DNA from: Squalus acanthias
Lineage: Eukaryota
NCBI GenBank assembly: GCA_030390025.1
Contig: CM059431.1
Location: forward strand, 118,422,001-118,486,000
DNA length: 64,000 bases
Direction: 5' to 3'
The notes beneath the pieces are model-generated. The model had not been told where the DNA came from, made no database searches, and saw nothing but the letters and a program-made list of their open reading frames with translations. A program made the translations under genes and the position numbers. Numbering within the stretch: the first letter of the stretch is position 1; the number at the start of each line of letters is the position of its first letter. Positions 1 through 12,480 of the stretch are shown piece by piece.

Positions 1-345
1 TCCAGTGCAGTGGAGTGCTGCACTGTTGGAGGTGCTGTCTGAGGCCCCGTCTGCTCTCTCAGGTGGAAGTAAAAGATCCCATGGCACTATTTTGAAAAAG
101 AGTAGGGGAGTTATCTCCGGTGTCCTAGCCAATATTTATCCCTCAACCAACATAACAAAAACAGATTATCTGGTCATTATCACATTGCTGTTTGTGGGAC
201 CTTGCTGTGTGCAAATTGGCAAATTGCCGTATTTCCCATATTACAACAGTGACTCCACTTTAAAAGTACTTCATTGACTGTAAAGTGCTTTGAGACGTCC
301 GGTGGTCGTGAAAGATGCTATATAAATGCAAGTCTTTCTTTCTTT
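1..345 (+). mobile_element. Deu-domain SINE (SacSINE1/AmnSINE1-like), 3' portion
   Basis: Deu-domain-like core (gaggccccgtctgctctctcaggtgg..aaagatcccatggcactat..cctcaaccaac) and tail ctatataaatgcaagtctttctttcttt; 5' end lies outside the window. Confidence 0.8.
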
Positions 346-874
346 ATTAATCTTTAACTCTATTTATAAATTGGATTCAAATATAAGTGGTCCAGATATG
401 TACTTTCAAAGTCAAAGGCCCAATCTCCGGAGATTAATTTTAAACTAATTTGAAGAAGGAGATTGGCAACAGTCTGACATAAATACCTGATGGAAATCTC
501 CTGTGTCATTCTGCTGCCAACAAAATAATGTGGCCAGAAGGTGGACTGAACTGTGAAAGTACAATTTATGAATGTTAGCGGGCTTCATTGCATACCGACT
601 TGAATGTGAGCTTGTGAAGGGCCGTTGTTTTGAATATTGGTTTATATTAAACCATTTAAAAATGTATTTCCATCCAACCCAAAAACACCGACTCATGCTG
701 GAATACAGCTCCATGGTTACTAGACACCATCCGGTGCTTTGCCCAAGTAACTATTCTTCGTATGTTAGCCTAGTCACTAATGGTTGTTGAGTAAGGAAAG
801 AAGTACACTGAACCGTGATTTCTCTTCAGCCTCTGACAATTCATGGTTGAGTCTATTTCATTCCTTACTCAACA

Positions 875-1035
875 ACCATTTTCCAACAGGAGTTATTGGA
901 CAGTGATCAGGAGCAGGGACCCTATATTATTCTTCCCTCCTTGCCCAGAGCACAGAGGTCAGATTATGCATCTTAACACTGCCCCAGCTGAGATCAACTA
1001 ACTCAGCACAATATTGGGATTGAACCTGGGCTATG
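875..1035 (-). mobile_element. Old tRNA-derived SINE fragment
   Basis: Minus strand reads ccaggttcaatccc (B-box-like) then gtgctgagttagttgatctcagctggggcag; similar to 42340-42750 on +. Confidence 0.45.
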
Positions 1036-1124
1036 GTTTACTTCCACATTGGCAGTACTATTACCAACAATGCCGTCATGTAAGCAATCTGCTGCAAATC
1101 TAAAATTTTTATATTTGAATTTAT

Positions 1125-1462
1125 AGATGCTGAGAGGCTGTTTCCCCTGGCTGGAGAGTCTAGAACTAGGGGTCATAGTCACAGGATAAGGGGTCGGCCA
1201 TTTAGGACTGAGAGGAGGAGAAATTTCTTCACTCAGAGGGTTGTGAATCTTTGTCCCATAGGGTTGCAGATGCTCAGTCATTGAATATATTGAATATATA
1301 AGACAGATCAATAGACTTTTGGACACTAAGAGAATCAAAGGATATGGGAATAGGGCGGGAAAGTGGAGTTGAGGTTGAAGATCAGCCATGATCTTATTGA
1401 ATGGCAGAACAGGGTCGAGGGGCTATATGGCCTACTCCTGTTCCTATTTCCTTATGTTCTTA
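1125..1462 (+). mobile_element. CR1/HER1 LINE 3' end
   Basis: Encodes RLFPLAGESRTRGH..FFTQRVVNL-like RT C-terminus, followed by the typical 3' UTR ggcctactcctg..ttatgttctta. Confidence 0.9.
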
Positions 1463-1544
1463 ACCCGAATGATTATCCAGAGTACAAGTGAATCTCTCAT
1501 GGCCTTATGGTTAGTCAGAAGAAATGAAATGACTGGATTTACAT

Positions 1545-1990
1545 TACATAGGATTACATAGCATATACGGCACAAAACTGGCCATTCGGCCCAACCAGTC
1601 CATGCTGGCGTTTATGCTCCACTCGAGCCTCCTCCCGTCTTTCCTCATCTAAATCTATCAGCTTAACCCTCTTCCCTTTTCCCTCATATGCTTGTCTAGC
1701 CTCCCCTTAAATGCATCTATACTATTTGCTTCAACCACATTCCACATTCCACATTCTCACCACTCTTTGGGTAAGAAAGTTTCTTCTGAATTCCCTATTG
1801 GATTTCTTGGTGACTATCTTATATTGATGGCCTCTAGTTATGCTCTTCCCCACAAGTGTGAAAATTCTTTCTGTATCCACTCTATCAAAACCTCTCATAA
1901 GTTTAAAGACCTCTATTAGGTCACCCCTCAGCCTTTTTTCAAGAGAAAAGAGACCCAGCCTGTTCATCCTTTCCTGATATGTATATACCC
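1545..1990 (-). mobile_element. CR1 LINE 3' end
   Basis: ORF 1731-1967 ([34 protein letters not shown]); short tandem tail near 1545-1565. Confidence 0.9.
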
Positions 1991-3355
1991 TCGCATTTCA
2001 CTTGAAAATCATTAATTGCACGGGAGAAATTTGTAAAGAGTTATGTTAAGGCATGTAAGTCTTTCGATTAACTCACATTGTATAGGAAAAAAATAACATT
2101 GGCTCTAAAACCTAAAAAACAATTAATTACATGGTGAAGACTAAATGGCATCCTCCAATAAGGAAGAAATCATAAACACCTTTACTTGCCCACTCTATAA
2201 TACAATCAAAGATAAGGAAGCTCACCCCAGAAAAGGACAGACTTTGTCAGAAGTTCAAAATAAAATTGAAAAGTTCTAAGAAGATCTGTAAATAATATGG
2301 AAAACATGCTTTAACAGAAGCAGAAAAGGCAAAGAAAATTAAGAAATCAGAAAAAAATATTTAAATTATAGTTTTAAGTACTTAGATTGCTGAATTTAAA
2401 ATACTAGATAAAGTTTACACTAATTGCTTTATTACCACAATTATTTTCTGCTCCATCGTGAGGAAAAAAAATTGCATTACTAATTCACTTATCTGAAAGC
2501 GTATTTCATTTGGAAGCAAGGGAAGCAATTGATCACATCTCTCTACCAATTAAAGTGACTGCAGGCTAAAACTTGACACTTGAGCTAAAGTAAGTCATTG
2601 TGAAGAATGTGAAACAGATCCTAAAATAAAGTGAAAATAGACTTTTCATAATTTGAGACACTTCAGAAGTTCTGCAAACTCTGCAACGTAGTGGAATAGA
2701 GATTTAAGATTAAAATAGCAGACAATAGCCAAGTGCCATATATTCTGAAAATAGTGTGCATAGGTCACAAAACTCTTATAAAAGCACAAAAAAATGAACC
2801 GCACAAAAGTTCAAAACAAAGCAAATCAACAATTGGATTAAGAATTGTCCATCTTCTCAAGCTCCACAGTTGGACGATTGCTACAACTGCAGCAACTGTG
2901 CCATCCAGTGTGACTAATTGAATACCAGGGAAAGTATTTCAAAATTAGTTGCCTCCTTGTGAAGTTTATAGTACGGATCTGAATTGCATTTTATTTTCCA
3001 ACTGTCTTTTTTAAATGGAATTCTGTCAGAAATGCCTCTGAAAAATGGGCTGGTTACTAGCAGGCTATTACTCAGGGGTGTTCAGGATATATATAGGACT
3101 TTAGATCAATATTGTGACTGGTAGTTACATCGATCAATCTACGTTCTTGTACTACCAGTCTTGAGATCTGTTGTTTTGGTTTACATGGCATGTCTCATAA
3201 AAACCAACAAGTGTTATAGCTGGTAAAACTGATGTAAAATGGGTGTGTTTTACTTATGTTCAATCCGATTATTAAGTATCTATATCTGGCTATAATATTA
3301 TGATAATGTATGATAAACTGAACTACACTTTAATCATCACACTTCCTGTTTCGTT

Positions 3356-4152
3356 GGCCTGGATTTTAGCCTGCAGGCGAGTTCCATGCTGGAGGGGCGG
3401 CTGTTGTGAGGTCGTGAAACCCGGAACTCTTTTAAATATTTTTCTGTCGGGTTCTTTCCCACCGGCAGCCTGATTGACAGGCTGGAGGCCTTTCAGGAGG
3501 GAAGCCTGCTTCACAAGGCCGAAGCCTACGAGAGCAGGTAGGTGTACTGGAGGAGTGAGAGACGTCATGGGGGTCGGGTCCCAATCGCGGTGGGGTCCCA
3601 ATTGTAGGTGTGTCCTGAATCGCGGGGGTTCCCAATTTGGGGGGGGGGGGTCCTGATTGCGGTCGGGGTAGCAGATGGTGATCAGTGGGGCAAATGGTGG
3701 TCGGGGGGTTCCGTTGGTGGTCAGGGGGGGTTCGATGGTGGTCAGGGGGAGCAGATATATTGCTGGGGGCTGGGGGGTAGGTTAACTGGGTAGCTTGTTA
3801 GAGCTGGAAGATATACTCCTGCTCCTCCTGGCCCACAAGCAGTGCTCTGAAGGCACTTACCTCACGGATTCAGCCCTTCTTGCCTCGTTTCACCTGTTGG
3901 GTTTCCCGAGGCCTGGGAAATCCAGCCGACATGAGCTAAAAATAGAATGACTGTTAAAATGAAAGGCAGGCAGCCTCATTATAATATTTGAATTACCAAC
4001 CCGTCTCCTGCGAGAAGATTGGTTGCCCGCCCCTCCATTAAAACCGGAAGTGGGCGGGTTCGAGGCACGTTGGGTTCCTGTTTCAGATTTTTTGTATTTT
4101 AACCTCTGACATAACCACAACCGGCCCATTTTTCAGAGTTAAAAGTCAGCCC
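3356..4152. mobile_element. Harbinger-type non-autonomous element (MITE)
   Basis: Imperfect TIRs GGCCTGGATTTTAG / GGGCTGACTTTTAAC; internal sequence matches 46129-47207 in reverse orientation. TSD not clean. Confidence 0.65.
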
Positions 4153-4922
4153 ATACTGACTGAATTACATATATGATTGGCTCAAATGTAATGGGGGAGA
4201 AATTTGGTATCGCCCCGTTTGGGGCGCAATTATCGACAAGGCGCAACGTTTAGCACCTGATGCAAATTATCGCCTCCGACTGCAAACTTGGCTTCTATTG
4301 CCCTTGGAGGTAATTGCAGCGCTAAATCAGGCGCTACACACCTGCCTTAAGGTGCAATGGCCGAGGAGCGAGGCGCTAACTCAGAGTGATGTCAGTTAGC
4401 AATGGAACAGTCACACTGGCGCTGGCCAGTTCTTAAAGGGGAGGGTCGATCTTACTCTCCAGCCACACCCTGCTCATTGCAGCCTTGAATCTCAGCCTGG
4501 ACAGACCTCAACCTCAAAGCTGCTGCAAAGAACTATGGAGAGGGCCAGGGAACGAGCTCAGTGCTTCAGCGACGGGGCCTTGGTGGCTCTGGTTGGCGCA
4601 GTGGAGCGCCGAGGATCAATAATGTACTCAGAGAGTAGCAGGAAGCCATTGCCCCGTGACTATAGAAGAGTGTGGAGGGAGGTGGCTCAGCACGTCTCCT
4701 CCAGGAGCATGGTGCCCAGGTCCCACGCACAATGTCGAAAAAAGTTCAACCACCTCACTCGGGTGGTCAGGGTGAGTGGCTGCTTTTCAATACCTCTCCA
4801 TCCCTCCATTTCAACCTCACTCTATGGCCAGAGGGTGTAAAAACCCCAAAGCCCAACACTCATCCAAGACCTATGGCCATCTCATAAAACACACACACAC
4901 ATTCCACACCTTGCATCCATTA

Positions 4923-5135
4923 AGGGCTGTTCAACTATGGGAGGCACATCAGGCAAGCACATGGCAGCATACATTCAGGGCTATTCAACTATGGGAGGCA
5001 CATCAGACAAGCACATGACAGCATACATTAAGGGCTATTCAACTATGGGAAGCACATCAGGCAAGAAACATGGCTGCATATATTGAGGGCTATTCAACTA
5101 TGGGAGGCACATCAGGCAAGCACATGGCTGCATAT
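4923..5135 (+). repeat. About 55-bp minisatellite, about 4 copies, in intron 1 of the H1 Myb gene
   Basis: Repeated agggctattcaactatgggaggcacatcaggcaagcacatggc. Confidence 0.9.
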
Positions 5136-6175
5136 TTACTCAGATGGCGTCCTTTTTCTTGCAGGCCAAGCTATCTCATAATAGGCGGCAGCAGCAATGG
5201 ACGGGTGGAGGGCCGTCTCAGCTGCAAACCCTCAGCGATCTTGAGGCGCGCATCCACAGGATTGTCGCAAGCCAGGTGATCGGTCCCGTGGCCGCTGCAG
5301 AGGTCGACCCACTTCGGGACAGCAATGGTAAGTTCATCAGCTTTCTCTCCTCTCTCATTCCACTTCTCCCTCACAACACCAGCCTTTTACGCTTTCAATC
5401 CAACTTACTAAATCTCTCCAGTCCTTGCCCCCTTACTGCCCCCCTGTCCTGACGCTAAAGCCACTCTTGTACCTCCCTGCTTTCAGATGGTGATTCACCA
5501 GCTGAGGAGACGGGCCCTCAACTAGCCAGTGGGAGCGACACCGCAGGCGAGGAGGAAGAGGAAGCCGGAGCCTCAGCGCCAGCATTTCCCGAGGAAGCCC
5601 ATGCCCACACTGGGACCACGCCTTCCCTGGAGGAGAGCAGGGGGGAAGGGTCTGATGAGGGTGAAGCTCCGGGACCCAGCAGGCTGCAGCAACGCCATGG
5701 GGATAGGGAAGCTCGGGGGCCTTCTCCCCGGAGGGAGAGTAGGCCAGTGAGTCCTGCTGCACTGGACGCAGAGGAGGAGCGGCTCATCGCGGAAATGAAC
5801 ACCCAGGCGGTGAACATGCACACTCAGCTCATGAGTGCAATGGGAAGGGTCCGAAAGCATTGATGGACTGGCAAGGAGTATGGAGCACTCCGCTGCAGCA
5901 CAGGCCGACGCAACGCAACTGCTTAGTGCTGCAATTCAGTCACTGGCTGCTGCCATCCAGTCTCAGACAGCTCTCATGCAGTCTCAGATTGAGGCAACGC
6001 AAGCACTGCCTGCTGCCATCGTCGCTGGTTCGGCCACATTGCCCTGGGGTTCTCACGGCGCTGCAGCAGGCCAGCAATCTGTGCTCCAGCAGATTGCTCC
6101 GGATGCTGAGGTGCTGCCCCGTGGGAGTGCCAGTGTGTCGGTCGAGCAGGGAGGTGCTGTCCTCTCTCAAGATGA

Positions 6176-6998
6176 GAAGTCGCACAACACCAGATTATAG
6201 TCCAACAGATTTATTTAATTTTACAAGCTTTCGGAGCAGTTCGCTCCTTCGTCAGGTAAGTTTAGCAGTGAGAGAATCTCCCAGAATTCACAATTTAAAC
6301 ACAGACAAAATATATTCAAATCTTTCCCACATCAAAGAGCATAGCCAAGACAATGAGATGTGTCCCAGGGGGTCCAACGTGTCAAACCACCTGCTGGCTG
6401 CATATCCTGTCAATCTGTGTAGGTTCTTGTGTTAGCCTTTTTTAAAAAAACACACCTGGGAAGACCGGCCATGATGTCAAGTCACGTTCTGTATCGTGAC
6501 ATGAACCCAATATCACGATTGAGGCCCTCCTCATGAGTGCGGAACTTGGCTATCAGTTTCTGCTCTATGATTTTGCGCTGTCGTGTATTTCGAAGGCCGC
6601 CTTGGAGAACGCTTACCCGCATATCCGAGGCTGAATGCCCCTGGCTGCTGAAGTGTTCCCCGACTGGGAGGCAACCCTCCTGCCTGGCGATTGTTGCGCG
6701 GTGTCCGTTCATACGTTGTCTCAGTGTCTGCATGGTCTCGCCGATGTACCATGCTCTGGAGCATCCTTTACTGCAACGTATCAGGTAGACAACGTTGGCC
6801 GAGTCACATGAGTATGTACCGTGTACCAGGTGGGTAGTGTCCTCACGTGTGATGATGGTATCTGTGTCCATGATTTGGCATGTCTTGCAGAGGTTGCCGT
6901 GGCAGGGTTGTGTGGTGTCTTGGTTGCTGTTCGCCTGAAAGATGGGTAATCTGCTGCGAACGATGGTACTTTTGAGGTTAGGCGGCTGCTTGAGCCGG
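6176..6998 (-). mobile_element. Penelope-like element, 5'-truncated (GIY-YIG endonuclease C-terminus plus pseudo-LTR)
   Basis: ORF 6482-6871 with NVVYLIRC..WYIGET..LRQRMNGH..GLNRD; 14-bp TSD ctctctcaagatga at 6162-6175 and 6999-7012. Confidence 0.92.
6221..6259 (-). ncRNA. Minimal type I hammerhead ribozyme
   Basis: Minus strand: TTAC-CTGACGA-A-GGAGC(gaact)GCTCC-GAAA-GC-TT-GTAA. Confidence 0.75.
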
Positions 6999-7615
6999 CT
7001 CTCTCAAGATGACAGCATTCCTGCTCCCACCACTGTCACTTCCCCATTGAACTTGCCACCGCCTGCAACACAGCCAGCCCAGACTGCTGCTGCCCAAGCA
7101 GAGTTGGTGCAGTCTGCAGCCAGGGCCTCCAGGCCCAGAGCTGGTCGAGGCCGTCCTTCAACGGCATCTGTAGTCTCAGGATCTGACATTCAGCAGCCTT
7201 CCACCAGCCTTGCTGCAGCCACTTGGGCTCCATTACGGACAAGCAGTAGGGTGGGAAGGGGGGAAGTGCGCAAGGGTTGGAGATCCCCTCGAAGGGCAAA
7301 AAATAGGAGGTCTAAATAAATGGTGGGAATGTTTTTATTAAATGCTGAGGTTCGTCTGATAACTTTTGTTTAGTGTTTTGCCGTTTATCTCCAGCTTGTG
7401 AGAACCAGTTCTGTTAATTAATAATTTGTTGTGTTTGTTTCTATTAGTTTGTCCTAAATAAATGACACACACAGAGTTTGTAAAATAAAAAAGTTGTATT
7501 CAAAATGTACATGTTTGGCCTTTGGGATCATTGCTGCCTTGGCCAGCTATAGGGGTTGTGGGTTGCTTTCCATCATGTTGTTCTCCATGCCAGAAGCCAT
7601 CTTCTGAGTAGGGGC

Positions 7616-8762
7616 CTAGAAGCGTCTTGTTATCAGCCGTTGACGGATGGCCTTTGCAGTTTCAACATTGTGGACCTCCCTCCCGCCTTGGTGCTGCTGC
7701 TGATCATCCTCCTCCTCTTCCTCCTCCTCTTCTTCCTCCTCCTCCTCCGGTGGTGCACCAATCCCTGGTGACATTGGCTGGGTCCTGAGGATTGCAAGGT
7801 TATGAAGCATGCAGCACACAACTATGAAGAGGGAGACTCGCTCAGGCGAGTACTGCAGGGCTCCTCCTGAGTGGTCCAGACAGCGGAACCGTTGCTTGAG
7901 CATGCCGGTCCTCTGCTCAATTATGTTCCTGGTCGTGAGATGGCTCTCATTGTACTGCAGCTCAGCAGGGATGTTGGGGTTACGGAGCGGTGTCATCAGC
8001 CATATGCAGAGTGGATAACCCTTGTCCCCGAGGAGTCAACCACTTAGCTGATGCGGTGCCTGGAAAAGGTCTGGCACACCAGTCTGGCGCAGGATGAAAG
8101 CATCGTGGCTGTTGCCAGGATAGAGGGCATTGACGGCGTGTATCAGCTGTCTGTGGTCACAGACCAAATGGACATTTAAGGAGTGGTAGCCCTTGTGGTT
8201 TCATGCAGTGCCCGCAATGCCACATGCATGCAGTCAATGGCACCCTGCACCATGGGGAAGCCCACTATCCTCGCAAAGCCAAATGCGCGTTCATGCTGTT
8301 TGGCCCGGGTCATGGGGAAAGAGATGTACTGGTGTCTCCTTTTATAGAGGGCCTTTGTCACCTCCCGGATACAGCAATGGACCGCGAACTGGGAGATATT
8401 GGCGATGTCCCCAGTAGCTGCTTGAAAGGAGCCGGTGGCATAAAAATTCAGAGCCACTGTCACCTTCACTGCCACCGACAGAGACATCCTGGTCCTCAGT
8501 TGAGGCTGCAGATCTGGTTGCAGCAGATGGCAAAGCTCAGTGACCACCTCCTTGCTGAAGCGCAGCCTGCAAAAACACTGCTCCTCAGACAAATGAATGT
8601 AGGAGAATTGTTCCCGGAATACCCTGGAAGGGTAAGGTCACCTGTGCAGAGTCCAGTTGGCCCTCCTCCCTCTGGCCATGTTTGCCACTCTCTCTCTGCG
8701 TTTCTGATCCCTCCGATTCTGCAGGCGCAGGACAATGCCCCGAATCAGTGCAGCCCCCACAT
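7616..8762 (-). pseudogene. H1 Harbinger DDE transposase (HARBI1-like), frameshifted
   Basis: Fragments with FYATGSFQ, GAIDCMHV, LGDKGYP (about 8015-8035), [22 protein letters not shown] and an acidic tail. Confidence 0.92.
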
Positions 8763-9295
8763 TCTCTTGACAATCGAAGTAATGAAGGTCAAATCCAAAA
8801 GAACCTGCAAAGTACTGCTCAGTAGCCAAAACTACTTCACACGGCGTTGAATCTATCCAGAAGTCTCTCTCTCTCTCTCTCTCAGAATCTCTCTCTCTCT
8901 TTCTCAGAATGCGTGGTGCAAAGATGTCTCCGACAAAAAAGGCAGGAAGATGCCGCCTTTAAATAGCATTCCCCCAGCCCCTTCCCGACTGCAAAACGTT
9001 CCACTCTCCCTGTCATTGCTAGTGGCAGGCGGAAAGGTAGGGGGCGCCACTCAATATCCGGTCCGGGGCGCCACCGGGGCATTGCACGCTCGACTGACGT
9101 CACGATCTGCGGGCGCAGGAGATCGTGGCGGTAGTGTTCAGTGCTGCCGCAAAAACTCTGGTCAATTTCGCGAGCGGCGCTAAACTGTACCGCCACGGTC
9201 TCCTGCGCCTGGACGCGAGTTGCTTGGCGCCGCGTTAGCGCCCTCTTAGGGTGCAAACGGGAGGCGCTAATCAGCCGAATTTTTCCCCCATGATT

Positions 9296-10058
9296 GGGCC
9301 AGAAATTTGGCTTTCCGGCTTCTTGCGGGTGCAAGCATCGCGCGCGTACTTGCCTACCGCGCCTGCTGTTGTGCTTTGGGCCCACGAGGACTTCGGCTCC
9401 TGGGCATCCTGCAGCTGCCAGTGTGCAGTGCTTGCGTATCCCAGGGGCGCAGTTAGTTCGAAGCGTCCCCTGGGATCACGTGGGCCATGGAGACCCAATC
9501 CTAACAAGGCATTTTCATTCATAGATTTGACAGGAAGACCTGTCAAATCTATGAATAGAGATCAGCCCCAAAACCACACTTAAACTTCAAATAAATTAAA
9601 AAAAAAACATCACATTTTTAAAATAACTATAAGTTAAATAAATTAACTACTTTAAACAAAATGTTAAATTTTTGAAAAAATTAATTATACTTTTTAACGG
9701 TGCTAAAAATAAACTTACCTTTCTTTAAAGTATCTAAAAAAGATAAACCTGTTGAAAAAATGTTTAAATTGTAATTAATTAACCACTTACCTTGTTAAAA
9801 ACAGGCCTTGCGCCTCCTTTTTAAAAGTGCAGCTTCTTCATACTTACCTTCCCGGAGAAACCTGAAAAAAACCTGAAGTTCTAGCGTGCGCGCAGCCTCT
9901 CCCGCGCACGCGTTCGACTTCTGAACCCCTCCCTTCAGGGGAACGGAAGTTCCGGTTTCCCGCTCATGCGCAGTGCATGCAGGAAACCGGCACTTCAGGT
10001 GGCCTTATGGGTGAGTACACAGCGCGTACTCACCCGACAACAGCCGAATTTCCGGCCC
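9296..10058. mobile_element. Harbinger-type MITE
   Basis: TIRs GGGCCAGAAATTTGGC / GGGCCGGAAATTCGGC; 3-bp TSD ATT (9293-9295, 10059-10061); AT-rich centre. Confidence 0.85.
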
Positions 10059-10539
10059 ATTGTCTTTGTTGCATGTACTAGCCTTAGATGATGTACAATG
10101 AATAGTCCCCCCTTGAGCTTTTGGGAGTTGAATTCTTATATGTTTCATTAGATAGGACAAATGTGTGTATCAGAAATCATCACTAACCCCCTCCGCACAA
10201 CCCCAGTCCCCGTCGCTGTGTGTGTCCTGTTGACACAGTTGCTGTTACCCTTTGTTGTATAGGTCTTGATTTTATGTCTCTTCCAATCTTTATTGCAAAT
10301 GAAAGGTATTCTCTTATCTACACTGACTTCTTCACACTTCCCACCTAATCGCTGTGATTTAAAAGCATATCTGAACCCGCATGGTGTCTTTCTCTAGTAT
10401 GTTTTAAACTCTCAAAATTATATAAATCTGTATAATGCCAATCAACTTATTCTATTTAATAATCTATACATGCCAACCCTTACATCCCTTTCTGAATTAA
10501 CCTCTCCCTTTCAAGTAAACATTAATCCCTAGGAACAAC

Positions 10540-10810
10540 AATCAGGGGAATTAGGATGATGTTTAGAAGAGGAAAGATGAATAGTTCAGATATAACTACT
10601 TCACAAGGAGGGTAGTGAATGTTAGAAATGTACTACCCAGGTAGGCAATCGAGGTTGATAGCATCAGTAATGTTTAAGATAAAAATGCACAAGAATTTGG
10701 CAATAAAATGAATTGCGGGATATTGGTAGTGAACTGAGCATTCTATTTCTCAACTAGGGGACCAGCCAGTTGGACCACAATGATCATTTTCAGTCCTTTA
10801 TATGCCTATG
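10540..10810 (+). mobile_element. Highly decayed CR1 3' fragment
   Basis: Resembles the FFTQRVVN..W region (actttcacaaggagggtagtgaatg) and the CR1 tail. Confidence 0.45.
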
Positions 10811-12079
10811 TTTGTTTTTAAAACTAGCTGGGGGTAAAAAAGCTTTAAAAATTAATTCTCCTGCTTGATATAACATGAGGAAAGATACACTTCAAGTTCT
10901 ACACGAAGATTTGTACTGATGCATTCCAGAACATTATGCATGCTGCGCACACTCAAGACTAACAGCCTGGGAATTGTCAACAAATGTATAGTTGATATCT
11001 CCCTTTACCTGACCTTGTGATAGGTGTGAGAAATATCAACTGCAAACATAGGCTGAGGTCTTTTAGTTCAAATGTGACTGCTGTTACTCAATGGGCAGAT
11101 CATACAATTTTTGTAGGCAACATTTTAACCATGTTATTGTGAAATATATCGGTTTTTATGTTTATATGCTAGAAACCTTATTTTGAGTGATGGGTATTTG
11201 AGTTTGTGGGGAAAAAGAAACATGGTGGATGAAAACATTTTGAACAACCATTTTGGGTGACTAGATTGAATCAGTTTGTTTCATTTATTCTTGATTTTAA
11301 TCACTTCCCATAATAACAAACTTCTGATTTGTTGTGGCTGAAAGAAATTCGACAAATAAATGATGAGCAATATGAATAGTTCAATTCCTTCTTTTATACA
11401 TAGATACAAAGTTCTGATTTGCTGTGTTAGAAATATATCTCCTGGGGTATGTAAGTATTATTGGTGCCTATATCTCATGCATATTGCATGGAAGGGGTTA
11501 TGTTTTATTATCTCATTGACTTGTCTTAATACAGTATTAATCAGAAGTTTTTCAGTGTTTCCCTGCTCCTCGAACAAGTATTAGAGCTAAAGGATGTATC
11601 ACAATATCCTATAGTAATACCTCCACATAAAGGCAATAGGGACATATAATAATATCCTATATAAATCCTATAAGAGACAGACCAACAGGAGCAAAGCGAG
11701 TGATTAGAGACCTAAGTCATGTTTTGCTTATACGGACAATTTGAAAAAACTAACTGATTAGAGAACAGTTAATTTATTTTGTCTCCGTGTAAAAGATGAA
11801 GCATATCTTTACTGACGCTTCATTTTCTCTTTTATTTTCTCCATATGACTTGAAAAGAAGCTGGTAGATGAATTTTATAGGCTCTTTGATGTAAAGCTTC
11901 ACAGCACAACTATAAAAATTGCATATTTGTTATTTATTCAGAGATTAATTATGGGTTCCATGTTTAGATTTATAGCAAGAATTTAAAAATAATTCTGTCT
12001 ATAAAAATTATATAGCTATATAATGTTGATGGCATTTGCTATTCCTTTACCTAGATGTAGTGGGGAAGAGAAACACTGA

Positions 12080-12480
12080 AGCCCCAATTTTAACTCAGGA
12101 ACTTGAGGCGCCAGTGTGGTGGGGGTGATGGGAACGAGAGACAAGCTTGCACAGCCATACTGGCGAGAGGACCAGGCCATTTTAACCCCCGGGCCTCAAC
12201 ACCCCATATCCCAAAACGGACTCCCGCTCAAACGCAATGGGTTGACGAGGAGGCTGGCGGGCAGGAGCGGGATTTAGGGCAGTAGGAGGCTGCCGTCAGA
12301 GACCCGAGGGAATGGTCCCGAGAACTAAGATTAATTTGTTGACGGGATTGAGGGGGTGGGGGGTGGAAATCGGGATGCAATCGCCATCAGGGAAGTAGAG
12401 GGGAGCCTTGTTTCCTTGTTTGCCCCGAAAGGTCACTTCTGCTCCTCCTGGCCCCTATTTTAACCCCCGACCACCCCATT
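12080..12480. mobile_element. Harbinger-type MITE fragment (one end)
   Basis: TIR-like AGCCCCAATTTTAAC followed by a GC-rich segment similar to the 3356/46129 family; other end not found. Confidence 0.45.

Larger units (their letters stand above)
4535..7319 (+). pseudogene. H1 Myb/SANT-like DNA-binding gene, three exons (4535-4771, 5165-5327, 5487-7319)
   Basis: Exon 1 MERARERAQCFSDGALVALV..WREVAQHV..QCRKKFNHL; GT-AG introns in compatible phases (0, then 1); exon 2 HNRRQQQWTGGGP; frameshift near 5850; exon 3 split by Penelope at AVLSQD|D. Confidence 0.85.
4193..9289. mobile_element. PIF/Harbinger transposon H1 (Myb/SANT gene on +, transposase on -)
   Basis: TIRs GGGGGAGAAATTTGG / GGGGGAAAAATTCGG (13/15); convergent Myb/SANT and HARBI1-like DDE genes; interrupted by a Penelope insertion. 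Confidence 0.92.

Noticed and set aside
487..550. Minus-strand 64-bp exon (ctttcacag..CAG|gtattt)
   Set aside because: Splice signals are plausible but the peptide is not recognisable and there is no partner exon; chance occurrence is likely.
5860..7319. ORFs 5860-6435 and 6942-7319 as novel fusion proteins (likewise the ends of 35321-36028 and 57237-57731)
   Set aside because: They read across insertion junctions and are artefacts of nesting.
10263..11450. Small + strand exons at 10263-10305 and about 11404-11450
   Set aside because: Phase-compatible but very short, with no recognisable homology; not supportable from sequence alone.
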